A DNA stretch of 63,478 nt, the filler included, from Diploschistes diacapsis (Eukaryota): assembly GCA_023645945.1 (NCBI GenBank). It is 11 parts of 11 records of this genome, joined end to end, with 100 filler letters (N's around TTAATTAATTAA, not from the genome) between each part and the next. Parts side by side here need not be neighbours in the genome. Positions count along the whole stretch, not along the records: positions 34,619 to 57,949 come from JALAIB010000267.1; positions 58,050 to 59,793 come from JALAIB010002670.1; positions 59,894 to 61,637 come from JALAIB010002671.1; positions 61,738 to 63,478 come from JALAIB010002672.1; 7 more parts are not named here. The stretch is one strand, 5' to 3'. The translations under genes and the position numbers were made by a program. Positions 49,401 through 62,359 of this stretch are shown here, piece by piece; positions within the stretch are counted from its first letter, which is position 1, and each line of letters opens with the position of its first letter. The notes under the pieces are model-generated. The model worked only from the letters and a program-made list of their open reading frames with translations, was not told the DNA's origin and did no database searches.

Positions 49401-49778
49401 GCGAAGGAAAGCTCGCTCAAACTCATTGAGCATGAGTTTCAATACGTCTGCATAGGACCCAGAAGTATCGTACTCCTCATCCACCAGCGCCGCGATGTAA
49501 CCAATAAATCGTGCAACAAGCTCGGGCGCGGAAGAAGGCTCTTCATCCTGAGCCAATTCATCCGTAGGCTCTGGTAAGGTAGAAAGGAAGGCGTCCCGAA
49601 GTTGATTTGCATGGTAATGTGAAGAGGTCTGTACTAGCACAGTGTATTCTAGCGATCCATGGGATAAAGAGAGAGGTCGGAGAGAGGTCGAAGAACGAGG
49701 AGTGGTCACGCCGGTGTGAGGGCCTGTACCGAAGTGCACCGTGGGCGTCTGGACATGGAGACTTCCACGGGGAGACAT
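43407..49778 (-). CDS. FAS1: Fatty acid synthase beta subunit
   Basis: Motifs: [65 protein letters not shown] 51-nt intron at 43946-43896 joins YVCAGD|LRALD. The first in-frame ATG is at 49778. Confidence 0.97.
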
Positions 49779-50799
49779 CGCACCTGAAGGCACCGGAGGA
49801 GGTAGCAGCGTAGATGCAGAAGCTTCACAGCGAGCAATACCGCTCTGATGGTATTTAAAGTAGGCCGCAAATAGAAGGAAAACACCCACGGGACTCTAGG
49901 AGTACGCATTCATACAATACTCAATACTGGGCAAAGCTGCAGCAGCCGGGCAAAAAGGTTCCTGGTCCAAGCTCACGGCCTTAACCGCACATTTTATTGC
50001 CGAGAGAGGGTTTTTTTTGTTTTCCCACACCCAACAAGCTTGCAAGAACGTTGAGAGAAGAAAAAAAGAAAAAAAGAAAAAAAAACCCCAAAAATCAGCG
50101 CCAAGGAAAACAAAGCCGGCTGCCTAGCAATACTCTGCAGCTAATTAACTCAAATCAAATGCCGATACAGAGAAAGGAACAGTATATGTATATATATATG
50201 TGTATATATATGTGTATATATATGTATATCTATCTATCAAGAACCATAATTAACAAAGTTAATAATAACAGGTGCACGGAGTAAACTGGGTCTCGGATGC
50301 TATTTGTTTTTCTACGTTAGATATGTTGAATTGTTATAATCGGCTTGAAGCTTAGGCTGACCGGAATCTGGGGTAAGCTTCAATGGGTTAAGCCACAAAG
50401 GGTATAGCTGGCGTTCAACAAATGCTGCACTGCACAACTGCACTGTGACTCTAGGATCTAGGATGCACACACACCAACCTTCTGTACCTGTACCTGTACC
50501 GTACGGAGTACTAGCACAAAGTAGTCCCTACATAATTAATTTTCTGCCTTTTCTCCCCCGTCCAGTTCTGCCCGCTACAGAAGCTTAACTGTTTGGAAGC
50601 TGTGCTGTTGTTGTTGAACTGCTGCTTTCTATCCGCCCAACATCTCCCAGTCCTCCACTCGGGAGGCACTCATTGCTTTTCTCTTCCGTAACCTATCATG
50701 TGCTGACGATACCAGCTCCTCCACTGACCTGCATCGTTCTCGGTTGAGCCCACCTCTCCTAATCCACCTACCTTTCCTGTTTTGTTCCACTTTTCGACC
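49779..50799. promoter_or_regulatory. Bidirectional FAS1/FAS2 promoter region with A-tracts and a (TA/TG)n microsatellite (~50182-50230)
   Basis: About 1 kb between two divergent start codons. No specific transcription-factor site can be assigned. Confidence 0.7.
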
Positions 50800-53700
50800 A
50801 TGCGTCCCGAAGTCGAGCAGGAGCTCGCACACACTCTGTTGGTAGAGCTTCTGGCATATCAGTTCGCTTCACCCGTCCGATGGATCGAGACGCAGGATGT
50901 TATCTTGGCGGAGAGGAATACAGAGCGCATTGTCGAGGTCGGACCGGCAGATACCTTGGGGAACATGGCCAAGAGGACCCTGGCGTCCAAGTATGAGGCA
51001 TACGATGCTGCTCTTTCGCTCCAGCGCCAAATACTCTGCTACAACAAAGATTCGAAAGAGATATACTACGACGTCGATCCCGTGGAAGAAGAGCCTGCTA
51101 CTCCGGCTGGTGGTGCAAGCTCGGGTTCGGCTCCCGCAGCCGCAGCGTCACTACCCACCGCCTCTGCTCCCACCCAGTCCGCTGCTCCGGTTGCGCCCCC
51201 GGGCAATGGACAGCCTGCGGCAGCAGTGGAGGACGTACCGGTCGCCGCGGTTGACATCGTGAGGGTGTTGGTTGCTCAAAAGCTCAAAAAACCTCTCGCG
51301 GAAATACCGCCTAGCAAAGCCATCAAGGATCTAGTTGGAGGTAATCGTTTACTCTGATCCTTCCAACACCCTTCACTGACACCTTCGCTAGGCAAATCTA
51401 CCCTCCAAAACGAGCTACTGGGCGATTTGGGCAAAGAATTTGGCTCTACGCCTGAGAAACCGGAGGACACAGCATTGGATGAGTTGGGAGCAGCAATGCA
51501 GGCCACATTCAATGGACAGCTGGGAAAGCAATCCTCCTCCTTGATCGCCAGGCTCGTGTCCTCGAAAATGCCTGGTGGATTCAATATCACAGCTGTTCGC
51601 AAATACCTGGAGAGTAGGTGGGGCCTCGGGTCAGGTAGACAAGATGGCGTTCTATTGCTTTCGCTTACAATGGAGCCCGCCTCGCGTCTGGCGTCGGAAG
51701 GCGAAGCAAAGGCCTTCCTGGACGATGTCTCAAACAAGTACGCCGCACAGGCTGGGATCAGTCTTTCCACCGCAGCGGCTGGGGCCGACGGGGCTAACGG
51801 TGGAGGCGGCATGATGATGGATCCTGCGGCACTAGACGCCCTGACAAAGGACCAACGAGCTTTGTTCAAGCAGCAGCTGGAGTTGTTTGCAAGATATCTG
51901 AAAATGGACCTTCGAGCTGGCGACAAAGCTTTCGTTGGCTCGCAAAACTCTCAAAAAGTCCTTCAGGCGCAGCTTGATCTCTGGCATACGGAACATGGCG
52001 ACTTCTACGCTGGTGGCATTGAGCCTGCATTCAGCCCCTTGAAGGCCCGTGTTTATGATTCCGCCTGGAACTGGGCGCGACAAGATGCTCTTTCCATGTA
52101 CTTCGACATTATCTTCGGTCGTCTCAAAGCTGTCGACCGTGAGATCGTGAGCCAATGCATCCGCATCATGAACCGGTCCAACCCTACCCTGCTCGAATTC
52201 ATGCAATATCATATCGATAACTGTCCGACGGAGCGTGGCGAGACGTACGCTCTTGCGAAAGAGCTGGGCGAGCAGCTCATAGAGAATTGCAAGGAAGTCC
52301 TCAATGTTTCACCAGTATATAAAGACGTTGCTGTTCCTACAGGGCCTCACACCTCCGTGGACAACAAAGGCAATCTGAAATATTCTGAAATCCAAAGACC
52401 AGCAGTGCGCAAGCTGGAGCAATATGTGCGGGAGATGGCCGAGGGTGGCAAGATTACGGAGTACAACAATCGTGCCAGAGTACAAAATGATCTGGATCGC
52501 TGGTTCAAGCTTGTTAAGAGGCAACAGAAACTACCCCGTTCATCTCAACGCAAAATGAAGATGTACTATGAGAACGTGCTTCGATCGCTCGCAATGCATG
52601 AAGGGCAAATCGTGCCGATAGAGAATGGAAAATCCATGAACGGTCATGCAAAGAAAGGAGGCAAGAATGGAGCCAAACCCCCCCAAAACGGCCGACCCAA
52701 GCCTGGAAAGGTCGAAAATATCCCGTTCCTTCACTTGAAGAAAAAGGACATCCACGGATGGGAGTATAGCAAGAAGCTCACCGGATACTACATCGAGGCT
52801 CTCACACAGGCCGCGAAGGACGGCGTTAGCTACCAAGGCAAATATGCTTTAATGACTGGCGCAAGTGCTGGCTCAATCGCAGCAGAAGTCATGCAAGGCC
52901 TTATCAGCGGTGGAGCGAAGGTAGTCGTGACGACCAGTAGGTACTCTCGGGAAGTGACGGAGTATTATCAGTCCATGTATGCTCGGTTTGGGTCCAACGG
53001 GTCTCAACTCGTTGTTGTGCCGTTCAATCAAGGGAGCAAGCAAGATGTTGAGGCACTCATCGACTATATCTACGATCCAAAGAATGGCCTTGGGTGGGAC
53101 CTTGACTTCATCGTGCCTTTCGCGGCCATTCCCGAGAATGGTCGAGAGATCGATGGTATCGACTCCAGATCAGAGTTGGCCCACCGCATCATGCTCACCA
53201 ACTTAATCAGAATGCTTGGTTACATCAAAATGCAAAAGCAGCAACGAGGCTTTGAGACTCGACCTGCCCAGGTCATGCTGCCGCTTTCGCCAAATCACGG
53301 AACATTCGGCAACGATGGTCTCTATTCGGAATCGAAGCTTGCACTCGAGACACTTTTCAATCGCTGGTTCGCTGAAAGCTGGGCTAACTACCTTACCATA
53401 TGTGGTGCCGTGATTGGGTGGACGCGTGGTACTGGGCTCATGAGCGCGAATAACATTGTGGCCGAAGGATTGGAAAGCTATGGTGTTCGGACATTCTCGC
53501 AGCAAGAAATGGCCTTCAATATCCTTGGCCTGATGTCTCCGGTGGTAGTGAATCTCTGCCAGAATGAACCTGTGTGGGCCGATCTGAACGGCGGATTCCA
53601 GTTCCTTCCGAACGTGAAAGACATAATGACGGATTTGAGGAAGGACATAATGGAGAAGAGCGAAATCAGAAACGCTGTCTCTCGAGAGACAGCCCTTGAA

Positions 53701-56521
53701 AACAAGATTGTCAATGGGGAGTCAAGCGAGATTTTGTATAAGAAACCTACAGTTGAGCCGCGGGCCAACATCCAATTTGAGTTCCCCCAACTGCCTGATT
53801 GGAAGTCCGATATCGAGCCTTTGAACGGAAACCTGAAAGGCATGGTAGACCTCGACAAGGTCGTGGTTGTAACAGGGTTTTCAGAGATTGGACCTTGGGG
53901 CAACGCACGTACGCGGTGGGAAATGGAAGCATATGGCAAATTCTCGCTCGAGGGTTGCATCGAAATGGCCTGGATGATGGGCTTGATCAAGAATCACAAT
54001 GGTCCTCTCAAAGGTAAATCATATGCTGGCTGGGTAGACGTAAAAACGGGCGATCCAGTTGATGACAAAGACGTCAAGCCGAGATATGAGAAGCATATAT
54101 TGGAGCACAGCGGCATTCGGCTAATCGAGCCTGAGCTCTTCAAAGGGTACGACCCTAACAAAAAAGGCTTGTTGCAAGAAGTCGTGATCGAAGAAGACCT
54201 GGAACCATTCGAGTCTTCAAAGGAAACGGCTGAAGAGTTCAAACGGGCGCACGGCGACAGAGTCGAGATCTTCGAGGTTCCGGAATCGGGCGAATATACC
54301 GTCCGTGTCAGGAAGGGCGCGACACTCATGATACCAAAAGCTCTTCGATTCGACCGCCTCGTTGCCGGTCAAATCCCGACCGGCTGGGACGCGAAGCGGT
54401 ATGGCGTTCCTGATGACATTGTCTCCCAGGTCGATCCTGTTACGCTCTTCGTGTTGGTCTGTACCGCAGAAGCTCTACTTTCTGCCGGAATCACAGACCC
54501 TTACGAGTTCTATCAATACGTCCATCTTTCGGAAGTTGGCAACTGCGTGGGTTCCGGCATTGGTGGTACAAGTGCTCTGCGCGGCATGTACAAGGATCGT
54601 TACTTGGATAGACCTCTGCAGAAAGACATTCTACAAGAGTCATTCATCAACACGATGAGCGCTTGGGTGAACATGCTCCTCCTCTCCTCGACCGGTCCTA
54701 TCAAAACCCCCGTGGGAGCATGTGCCACGGCCGTGGAGTCTATTGATATCGGATACGAGACAATCGTGGAGGGGAAGGCGAGAATTTGTTTCGTTGGAGG
54801 TTTCGATGATTTCCAAGAAGAAGGCTCGTATGAATTCGCCAATATGAAGGCCACGAGTAACGCAGAGGACGAGCTGGCGCACGGAAGGACGCCAAAGGAG
54901 ATGTCCCGTCCCACAACCACCACTCGCAATGGCTTCATGGAGTCTCAAGGCTGTGGCATGCAGGTCATTATGAGTGCTCAGCTGGCTCTTGACATGGGTG
55001 TGCCTGTTTACGGCGTTATTGGGCTGACTGCCACCGCCACGGATAAGATTGGCCGATCCGTTCCTGCACCAGGCCAGGGCGTCCTTACTACAGCGAGAGA
55101 AAAAGCCACGAGTTTTCCATCCCCTCTACTAGATATCGGATATAGGAAGCGCCAGCTAGACCTTCGGAAGAAGCAAATCAAAGAATGGCAAGAATCCGAG
55201 CTGATTTACCTGCAGAATGAGATTGCCGCCATGAAGTCGCAAGGCACCGAATTCAACGAGACGGAGTACCTGCAAGAACGGGCTGCGCACATTGCGAAAG
55301 ACGCGCAGCGTCAGGAGAAGGAAGCAATGAATAGCTTCGGAAACTCCTTCTGGAAACGCGACCCGCAGATTGCGCCTTTGCGAGGAGCCCTTGCTACCTG
55401 GGGCTTGACTATCGACGACTTGGGAGTGGCATCTTTCCACGGTACATCGACGGTGGCCAACGACAAGAACGAGTCGGACGTCATCAACAAGCAGATGAAG
55501 CACCTCGGGAGGAGGAAGGGGAATGCTCTGCTCGGTATTTTTCAGAAGTATCTCACTGGCCATCCAAAGGGAGCCGCGGGTGCCTGGATGTTCAATGGCT
55601 GCTTGCAGGTCTTGAACAGCGGCCTCATCCCTGGCAACCGCAACGCCGACAATGTTGACAAGGTTATGGAGAAATTCGACTACATTGTCTACCCAAGCCG
55701 CAGCCTTCAGACAGACGGGATCAAAGCTTTCTCGGTGACCTCCTTCGGCTTTGGTCAAAAGGGTGCTCAAGCTATCGGTATCCACCCGAAGTACTTGTTT
55801 GCAACGCTCGATCAGGCACAGTACCAAGCATATGTCCAGAAGCTTCAAGCCCGTCAGAAGCGCGCGTACCGCTTCTTCCATAATGGCCTGATCAACAATT
55901 CTCTCTTCGTTGCAAAGACCGATCCACCCTACCTTGCAGATGACGAGAGCAAGATCCTTCTCAATCCGAGCGCTCGCGTGATGCCTGATAAGAAGACATC
56001 CAAACTTCAATATCCATCCCAGTCTCCCAAGAAGGCTGAGGATAAGAAAAAGAATTCAACAACGCGGATAGTAGAGTCATTGGCAAAAGCAACGGCATCC
56101 CAAAATTCGAAGGTCGGGGTGGATGTCGAGAGCTTCGAGTCGATAAATGTAGAGAACGATACCTTTGTGGAGAGGAACTACACGACGCAGGAACAGGCAT
56201 ACTGCCGCAAGGCATCCGATCCGCGCGCGAGCTTCACGGGACGATGGAGTGCCAAGGAGGCCGTATTCAAGAGTCTTGGGGTGCAAAGCAAGGGTGCCGG
56301 GGCAGCTCTGAAGGACATTGAGATTTCGAACGATGCTAACGGCGCTCCTTCTGTTACTGTGAGTTTGACAAAACCTCGACGTTATGTTTCGATGACTTAC
56401 AGATGTGTAGCTCTATGGTGAAGCCAAGGCGGCCGCCGATAAGGCGGGTGTGCGGAAAGTCGAGGTCAGCATCAGCCACGATGACACTCAAGCAGTCGCA
56501 GTTGCAATTTCGAGTTTTTGA
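50800..56521 (+). CDS. FAS2: Fatty acid synthase alpha subunit (ACP, KR, KS, PPTase)
   Basis: Starts [28 protein letters not shown]. Intron 51341-51391 restores the ACP motif [45 protein letters not shown]; PPTase VGVDVE...WSAKEA. Intron 56359-56410 gives LYGEAK...VSISHDD...SSF*. Confidence 0.97.
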
Positions 56522-56998
56522 GAAGCCGGTTGGATGTACGGAGCAGTGGAATGGAGGCATTGAGTAGTTCGCTTCTTGTACAGCACTTTGCTATTTCCGA
56601 CGAATTTTGAAACATACGGGCGGCGACGTGCTCAGCGGTGGTTGCTTTGGTCTATAGAGCTTATCGATGGCAGCATCACTGTGTTTCAAGTAGGCAATAT
56701 AGATTGTGTTGGAAACTTTGTTTTCCTAATAGCCTATGAGCTCTTTAATCACTATTCTCTATCATGTATTAGGACAATAGGCTCGGGCTACCATTTCCAT
56801 AGAGTAAACAATCCCATCACAGTGAGTGAGGATATCAAGGTTCCGTTCCTTTAAGGGATCAGAGTCCCATAACCTGCTTAGGAAAGCGATTCTGGTTTTC
56901 CACGCTGGCCTTTCTCGGCGCCCGAGCTTCTTATCTCAGGTGGTATACTTCATTGCACAGCCTCGATAAAGGTTCATCCCTTTTAATCTTCTCGTCTT

Positions 56999-57891
56999 TC
57001 ACGAGGCCGCTACCCTGGGCGCGTATTTCTTCGCCGCCTCATCGAACAGATTCCCCTTCTCCTCCAAATCCTGCAACAGCGGATGGCCCGGCATCCTGCC
57101 CCTCAGTTCCGCAAGCAACGCCTCTGCCTCCGCTCCCTTCCCCGCCAGCGTCTGCACGACCGCCAGATTCGCCAGCGCATGCGCCCTCATCCCCTCGGAG
57201 CTCCCGTCCCCACCACCACCATCCTCCTCCCCCTTCCCATCCACCACCTGCCTCAGCGTCGTCTCCGCCTCCGGCAGCCGGCCCAGATGCGTCTCGGCAA
57301 CGCTCTGCGCCACCGGCATCTCCTCGAACTCGTAGAAGGCCTGCTGGTACCGGTCGCCACCCAGGCGCAGCCCGACCCAGGACTCGGCAATGTTGACCAG
57401 CAGGCTGTCCTGCGCCCACTTCTTGGCGGCCGCGACCTCCCGGAGCGCCAGGTCCGCGCGGTTGAGCGCCAGGTGGATCTGCGCCGCCACCGCCACCGCC
57501 TCCAGGCTGCCCTGGTGCCGCGCCAGCAGGGCCAGCGCGTCCTCGCTCCGGCCGTGCGCCTGCAGGATCGTGCCGGCCAGGACCTGCACCGTCGCGTTGT
57601 CCGGGTGCGCCGAGGCCAGGGATTCGGCGCCGGCGAGCGCGGCCGCGGAGGAGCCCAGCGCGTGCTGGGCCAGGGCTTGCACGGCGGCCAGGTCGGGCGA
57701 CAACGACGACGACGACGAGGCTTCGCTGGAGAGGCGCGAGAGGACGTCGCTGGCGCCGCCGGTGGCGATGCGGGCGCGCAGCTGCAGGATGCGCGCGGGG
57801 AGCTGGGCCGCGGCGGAGACGGAGGCGGGGTCGAAGGAGAGGACCTTGTGGTAGGCGGCGTGGTGGAAGTCGTTGTGGAGGGTCACGAGCT
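56999..57891 (-). CDS. SEC28: Coatomer epsilon subunit (COPE/Sec28); exon 1 missing at the contig end
   Basis: After CTAAC...CAG it reads ELVTLHNDFH...HQGSLEAVA...QIHLALNRADLA...WAQDSLLVNIAESWVGLRLGGDRYQQAFY...HPLLQDLEEKGNLFDEAAKKY. Confidence 0.88.
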
Positions 57892-58049
57892 CTGGGGAGA
57901 TGCTGTTAGCGGGTGATCGTCGATTGGGGATGCCGGAAGGGAGGGGGGGNNNNNNNNNNNNNNNNNNNNNNNNNNNNNNNNNNNNNNNNNNNNTTAATTA
58001 ATTAANNNNNNNNNNNNNNNNNNNNNNNNNNNNNNNNNNNNNNNNNNNN

Positions 58050-59186
58050 ATTTATAACTAAGACCTTCTCGAATATTTATCGAAAACTAAAATAAATTTA
58101 ATAATTTATATAAGAAAAAACGTCCCCCGTTATTATTCTCCGTAACTAGATTCGTAGGCTCTCGTTAATTACGAAATTCTTCGATTATTATTCGTAAATC
58201 TATATTTTCGTTTATTAAACGAGTCCGGGTCTTTTATTCTTTATTTAATAATTATTTTAATTCGTTCCGTTTAATTAAATCTTTCACAAATTATTATTAG
58301 AACCGTTAAATCTTTCGTTCGTTTCGTTAATTTATTTTACGACCGTTACCACGTAAATACGTATTAATTTAATAAGCTTCGTTAATTCTTCTTCGGTTCG
58401 ATAATAGATCTCTTTTGCTTATTTTTACGATTATAATTTCATCACGTTCTCGATAACGTTATCTTACTTAACTCTTATTTCATCGAGTCTTTAAACGAAG
58501 ATATTCTTCGTTTAAGTTCGTCTCGGGAGCCCTTTTAAGATCTTTCCCGTACTGATTCTTCGCTAGTATTAAATCCTTCGAAAATCCATGACATAAATAA
58601 CTGCCGTAACGCGGGATATCTTATAAATCATTTCTTAACTGTCGATTCGTCTTCTAAATCGTACTTTTCAACCGTTGGGATCTCGGTTAATTCTTCAAAA
58701 ATCAGAGATACTATAAATTCTCTCCTTCTTTTTGAATCCTTTTTATCAGCGGGGGTTATTATTTACAATAATTCGGCGGGTATTACTTTCGAGTTCGGTT
58801 ATTATAAATACTCGAATACTTAATTCGGTTAACGTTTTAAATTCTCGTCACGAATGCGAAGGTAAAGCGAGCTTTTCGAATCTAAAACGCCAGCGTAAAA
58901 ATAGGATACTACATTATCGGAAACTGGGCCTGATCCGAAAGAATTACGTATAACTAGATATCTATAAATAAAAGATCTCGATTCGAAAAGCTAGAAAAGA
59001 AACTATCTAAATAAAAGGGTGGCACAAATAAATAATATAAATACCAGCCCCACAGGGTTCGGGCACTACCCGCCTACACAGCCACCCCCTAACATCCTTA
59101 GTACGGCTGGCAGCGGCTATACGCGGTGGGACCCGTCATGTGACCCTGCCGTGGCTTGGCAGGCCCCTGGGCTGATTTGTCTCACA
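58050..59186 (-). mobile_element. Probable RIP-degenerated LTR retrotransposon 5' region; LTR ~58949-59186
   Basis: A GC-rich segment ends ...GTCTCACA (TGTGAG on the - strand) with a TATA-like tract. The adjacent sequence is AT-rich with no ORF and no recognised protein motif. Confidence 0.45.
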
Positions 59187-59893
59187 ATCGATCAAATAAA
59201 TTCCTTTTAATTCAATCGTAGGTTCAATATTAGATTCCGTTTCTAAAAAATACGCGCAAAGTTCCGGCTTAAATAACATTATATTTTCGTCCAATCCCGG
59301 ATCGATTTTCGAATCTTTAAATCTTCGGTTTTTCGAATTAGAACATCGGTTAATACGTTTTCTTTATTTAATCGATAATAGATCTTAAAATCGAAAATCG
59401 ATATTAATTTACTTTAACGAGCGTATCTATACAACAGCGTTTATTTCGTTATAAAATAAATAAACGTATCGTGATTCGTTTTCATTTAAATAGATTCTAT
59501 TTAAGATCCTCCCAATCCAGCCTGGATTTTTTGAATACTTATATAATTATTAAAATCTTTTAATTTAGAATAATATAATTTTGTGGAACCGCGGCCATCG
59601 TCTTCGAATAATACATCACGGATAATCAATCATTTTCATATTTTTATAACATAATCCCGCCTAGTATTCCGTTATTTAACTTAATTTTTAAACGAATGTC
59701 TCGATAAAAGTCGTAATTTTATAATAAAAACGCGTTCGTTAAAATTAATTTCAATAGTTTAAATAATTCTATATAGTCGTTATTAAAATTCTANNNNNNN
59801 NNNNNNNNNNNNNNNNNNNNNNNNNNNNNNNNNNNNNTTAATTAATTAANNNNNNNNNNNNNNNNNNNNNNNNNNNNNNNNNNNNNNNNNNNN

Positions 59894-60110
59894 ATATATA
59901 AGAAATGGCTGGGACGTGTTAAGTTTAATATTTAAATGGTAATATTATTCTTTTTTTTAGTCTTATCGGCTCGACAAGTTCCGAAAAATAAATATAAGTA
60001 TTAAATAAAAAAGAATCCTAAATCGTAGGACAGCGATTTCTTCTTTATTTTCGAAATAAAAAAATCGTTTAAATTCTATTATCCGTTTTCGAGGTTTTCT
60101 AGATACACTA
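59894..60110 (-). mobile_element. 3' internal end plus LTR start of the Gypsy-like family also at 61738-61930
   Basis: Reverse-complement similarity to 61790-61915 (e.g. CCTAAATCGTAGGACAGCGATTTCTTCTTTAT versus ATAAAGAAAACATCGCTATTCTACGATTTAG). Confidence 0.65.
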
Positions 60111-60277
60111 TTTTATAATCATTATTTATTTACTCACGACTGCATCAGAATGCCTTCAGTTTTTATTAAATATGCTCGCTGTGCTAAATCGGGTAGAAAG
60201 GATTGCGTGTCTATTACCTAAGAAGTAGTTGAACGGACTATCCTTTCGAAACGAGACGAAATCGAGGAGGAAAAAAA

Positions 60278-60735
60278 TGTTATGAACTCTATCTCTATAA
60301 GGTAGACACAAGGTACAGATCAAGGTAGGTTTGGTCTCGGTTGGAGAGGAGTATTAATAAAAAAAGAAGATAGAACTATTATAGATCTAAGACTGTTTGT
60401 TAAAGGAAAGTTCTAATAATAAATAACGAATATAAATTAATCTCGAATAATAATTAAAGATATTTATAAAAATAAATATATAAAATATAAATAATTTTAA
60501 TACGAGAATTATATATCGAAGCCTTCGATAGAACATTAATATTAATTTCCTTTACTTTTAAGAAGCGTAGGGAGCGCTAACGGTGGTTCCTACGAAACAG
60601 AGGAAGCGCTGCCTATTGCTCCCAAGCAGCGCATGGAGCGGCGCCGCTCGCTCCAGCAGCTCACGTGACACGAACGTCAGTGAGTCCTTTAGTGAATGGC
60701 TGGGACGTGACAGGTTAGCTACCTGGATCGTAACA
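60278..60735 (-). mobile_element. ~458-bp Gypsy-like LTR
   Basis: Termini TGTTATGA...GGATCGTAACA. GATCAAGGTAGGTTTGGTCTC is the reverse complement of GAGACCAAACCTACCTTGATC in the LTR at 61906-62359. No TSD is visible. Confidence 0.7.
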
Positions 60736-61262
60736 CAGAGATATCTGCGTAAGAACATCATCCCGGCTTTTTATTACGAGTGATATAACTATTTTAATGG
60801 AAACCAAGGCATTATACAAAACATCTAATCGATCACACTTTAAAAATATCGATTTGAGATAATTTATTTACCTTTTAGACCCATATAGTTTCTTATAGCT
60901 TCTTATATAGTAGAACTGGGCATAACTGCGGCTATATTTATAATAACTCGTTCTCGATTTTTTATTCAAAGTTAACCGAAAGCGATAATAATATCTATAT
61001 CTTTTTTTGATCTACATAATAAGTAGCTGTAGTGTCTTTAATTACGCAAAAGTACGCCAACCAGGCTTGTCGACCAGCGTTTAGGAAAACGGACTCGGTC
61101 GTTGTTGCATCAGATTCTTTGGCCTTTTCAAACGATGTATTGAAGTGTTTGGGTCTTCTTGGAGCCGTCCATTCAGATTGAAGGTACTTGCGAAATATTT
61201 TTGCTGCAGCTTCACATATGTTTTGAATTTCGGAAATCTCGAAAAAGTTCATAGCATCACAC

Positions 61263-61637
61263 TAGGCTGGCCGTCACTGATACTGACACGGCCGTGTCAG
61301 TGTCCGTGTTTTAGATTTTTTAGCTGCGGTATCCGTGTCCGTGGATTCACGGAAGTGCAGTGTCCGTATTAATATTAATGTTTTAAATTTTTTAATTATA
61401 ATGTCCGTGTTAATGTCCGTATCGAAAATTTTTTTATTATAATATCCGTGTCCGTGTTTTTATCGAAATATTTTTAAATATTTTTTTAATTTTAATAATT
61501 TTAAAATTATTACGTTTATTTCTTACGTTTTTATTTTTTTTAAAAAAATTATATTATAATATTTCCGTGAATTTATTATAATATCGTATTCGTGTTAATA
61601 TTAATAGTTTATATTTCTTAATTACGATATCCGTGTT
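61263..61637 (+). mobile_element. Possible hAT-like DNA transposon terminus with subterminal TCCGTGT repeats
   Basis: Starts TAGGCTGGCC at a sharp composition boundary, with ~10 copies of TCCGT(G/A), a 20-bp palindrome at 61282-61301, and increasing AT content inward. No transposase is present in the contig. Confidence 0.5.
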
Positions 61638-61737
61638 NNNNNNNNNNNNNNNNNNNNNNNNNNNNNNNNNNNNNNNNNNNNTTAATTAATTAANNNNNNN
61701 NNNNNNNNNNNNNNNNNNNNNNNNNNNNNNNNNNNNN

Positions 61738-62359
61738 ATAATATATCTAGAAAACTTTAAAGACGAATAATAAAGTTTAAACGTTTCTTTTATATCGAAG
61801 ATAAAGAAAACATCGCTATTCTACGATTTAGAATTTTCTTTTATTTAGTATTTATATTAACCCTTCGGTGCTTATCGGGCCGACAAAACTAAAGAAAGGA
61901 GATAATATTACGATCCAAATTACTAGTCGGTAGTACTTAGCACGCAATAACTAGTCGGGCACTTTCCAATTATTCCTTATATATAATCCAATTAGGGTGA
62001 CACGGGTCACGTGATAAGTAAAAGGTCTAAAAGACCATTCTACCTAGTCGTGAATAGAAAGAAAGAACGGTAATTTTATTTATTTATTTATTTATTTTAT
62101 TAAGGGAGCTGCTAACTATATAAAAACGTCGCTATAGCTTTTATAAATCTAAAGCGTATTTAATTTTATAAATATCTTAAATTATTATTCGGGATTAATC
62201 TATATTCGTTATTTCTATCATCTTAGAGCCTTCTTTCCAGAGACAGTTTAAGACCTATGACTGTTCTATCTTTTTCTCCTGCCACACTCCTCTTCTAACA
62301 GAGACCAAACCTACCTTGATCCTACTCGTGTATACCTTGTATAGATAGAGATCATAACA
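61738..62359 (+). mobile_element. 3' end of a Gypsy-like retrotransposon: PPT and 454-bp LTR (61906-62359)
   Basis: AAAGAAAGGAGATAA precedes TATTACGATCC (RIP form of TGTTACGATCC), and the LTR ends GATCATAACA. A second copy starts at 63108. Confidence 0.8.

Noticed and set aside
43407..56521. FAS alpha/beta pair as a secondary-metabolite starter-unit FAS (HexA/HexB-like) cluster
   Set aside because: The sequences look like canonical primary FAS with an intact PPTase. The neighbours are housekeeping genes, and there is no PKS, NRPS or tailoring enzyme on the contig. A divergent fas pair is the normal arrangement in filamentous ascomycetes.
36464..56521. NTE1 plus FAS1/FAS2 as a lipid gene cluster
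   Set aside because: MNN9 lies between them and I see no shared regulatory motif. Without synteny data this is indistinguishable from chance.
34697..57916. Long antisense or alternative-frame ORFs (34697-35665, 41943-42626, 43263-44021, 55156-56010, 57083-57916)
   Set aside because: They are shadow ORFs caused by the codon bias and high GC of the real genes they overlap.
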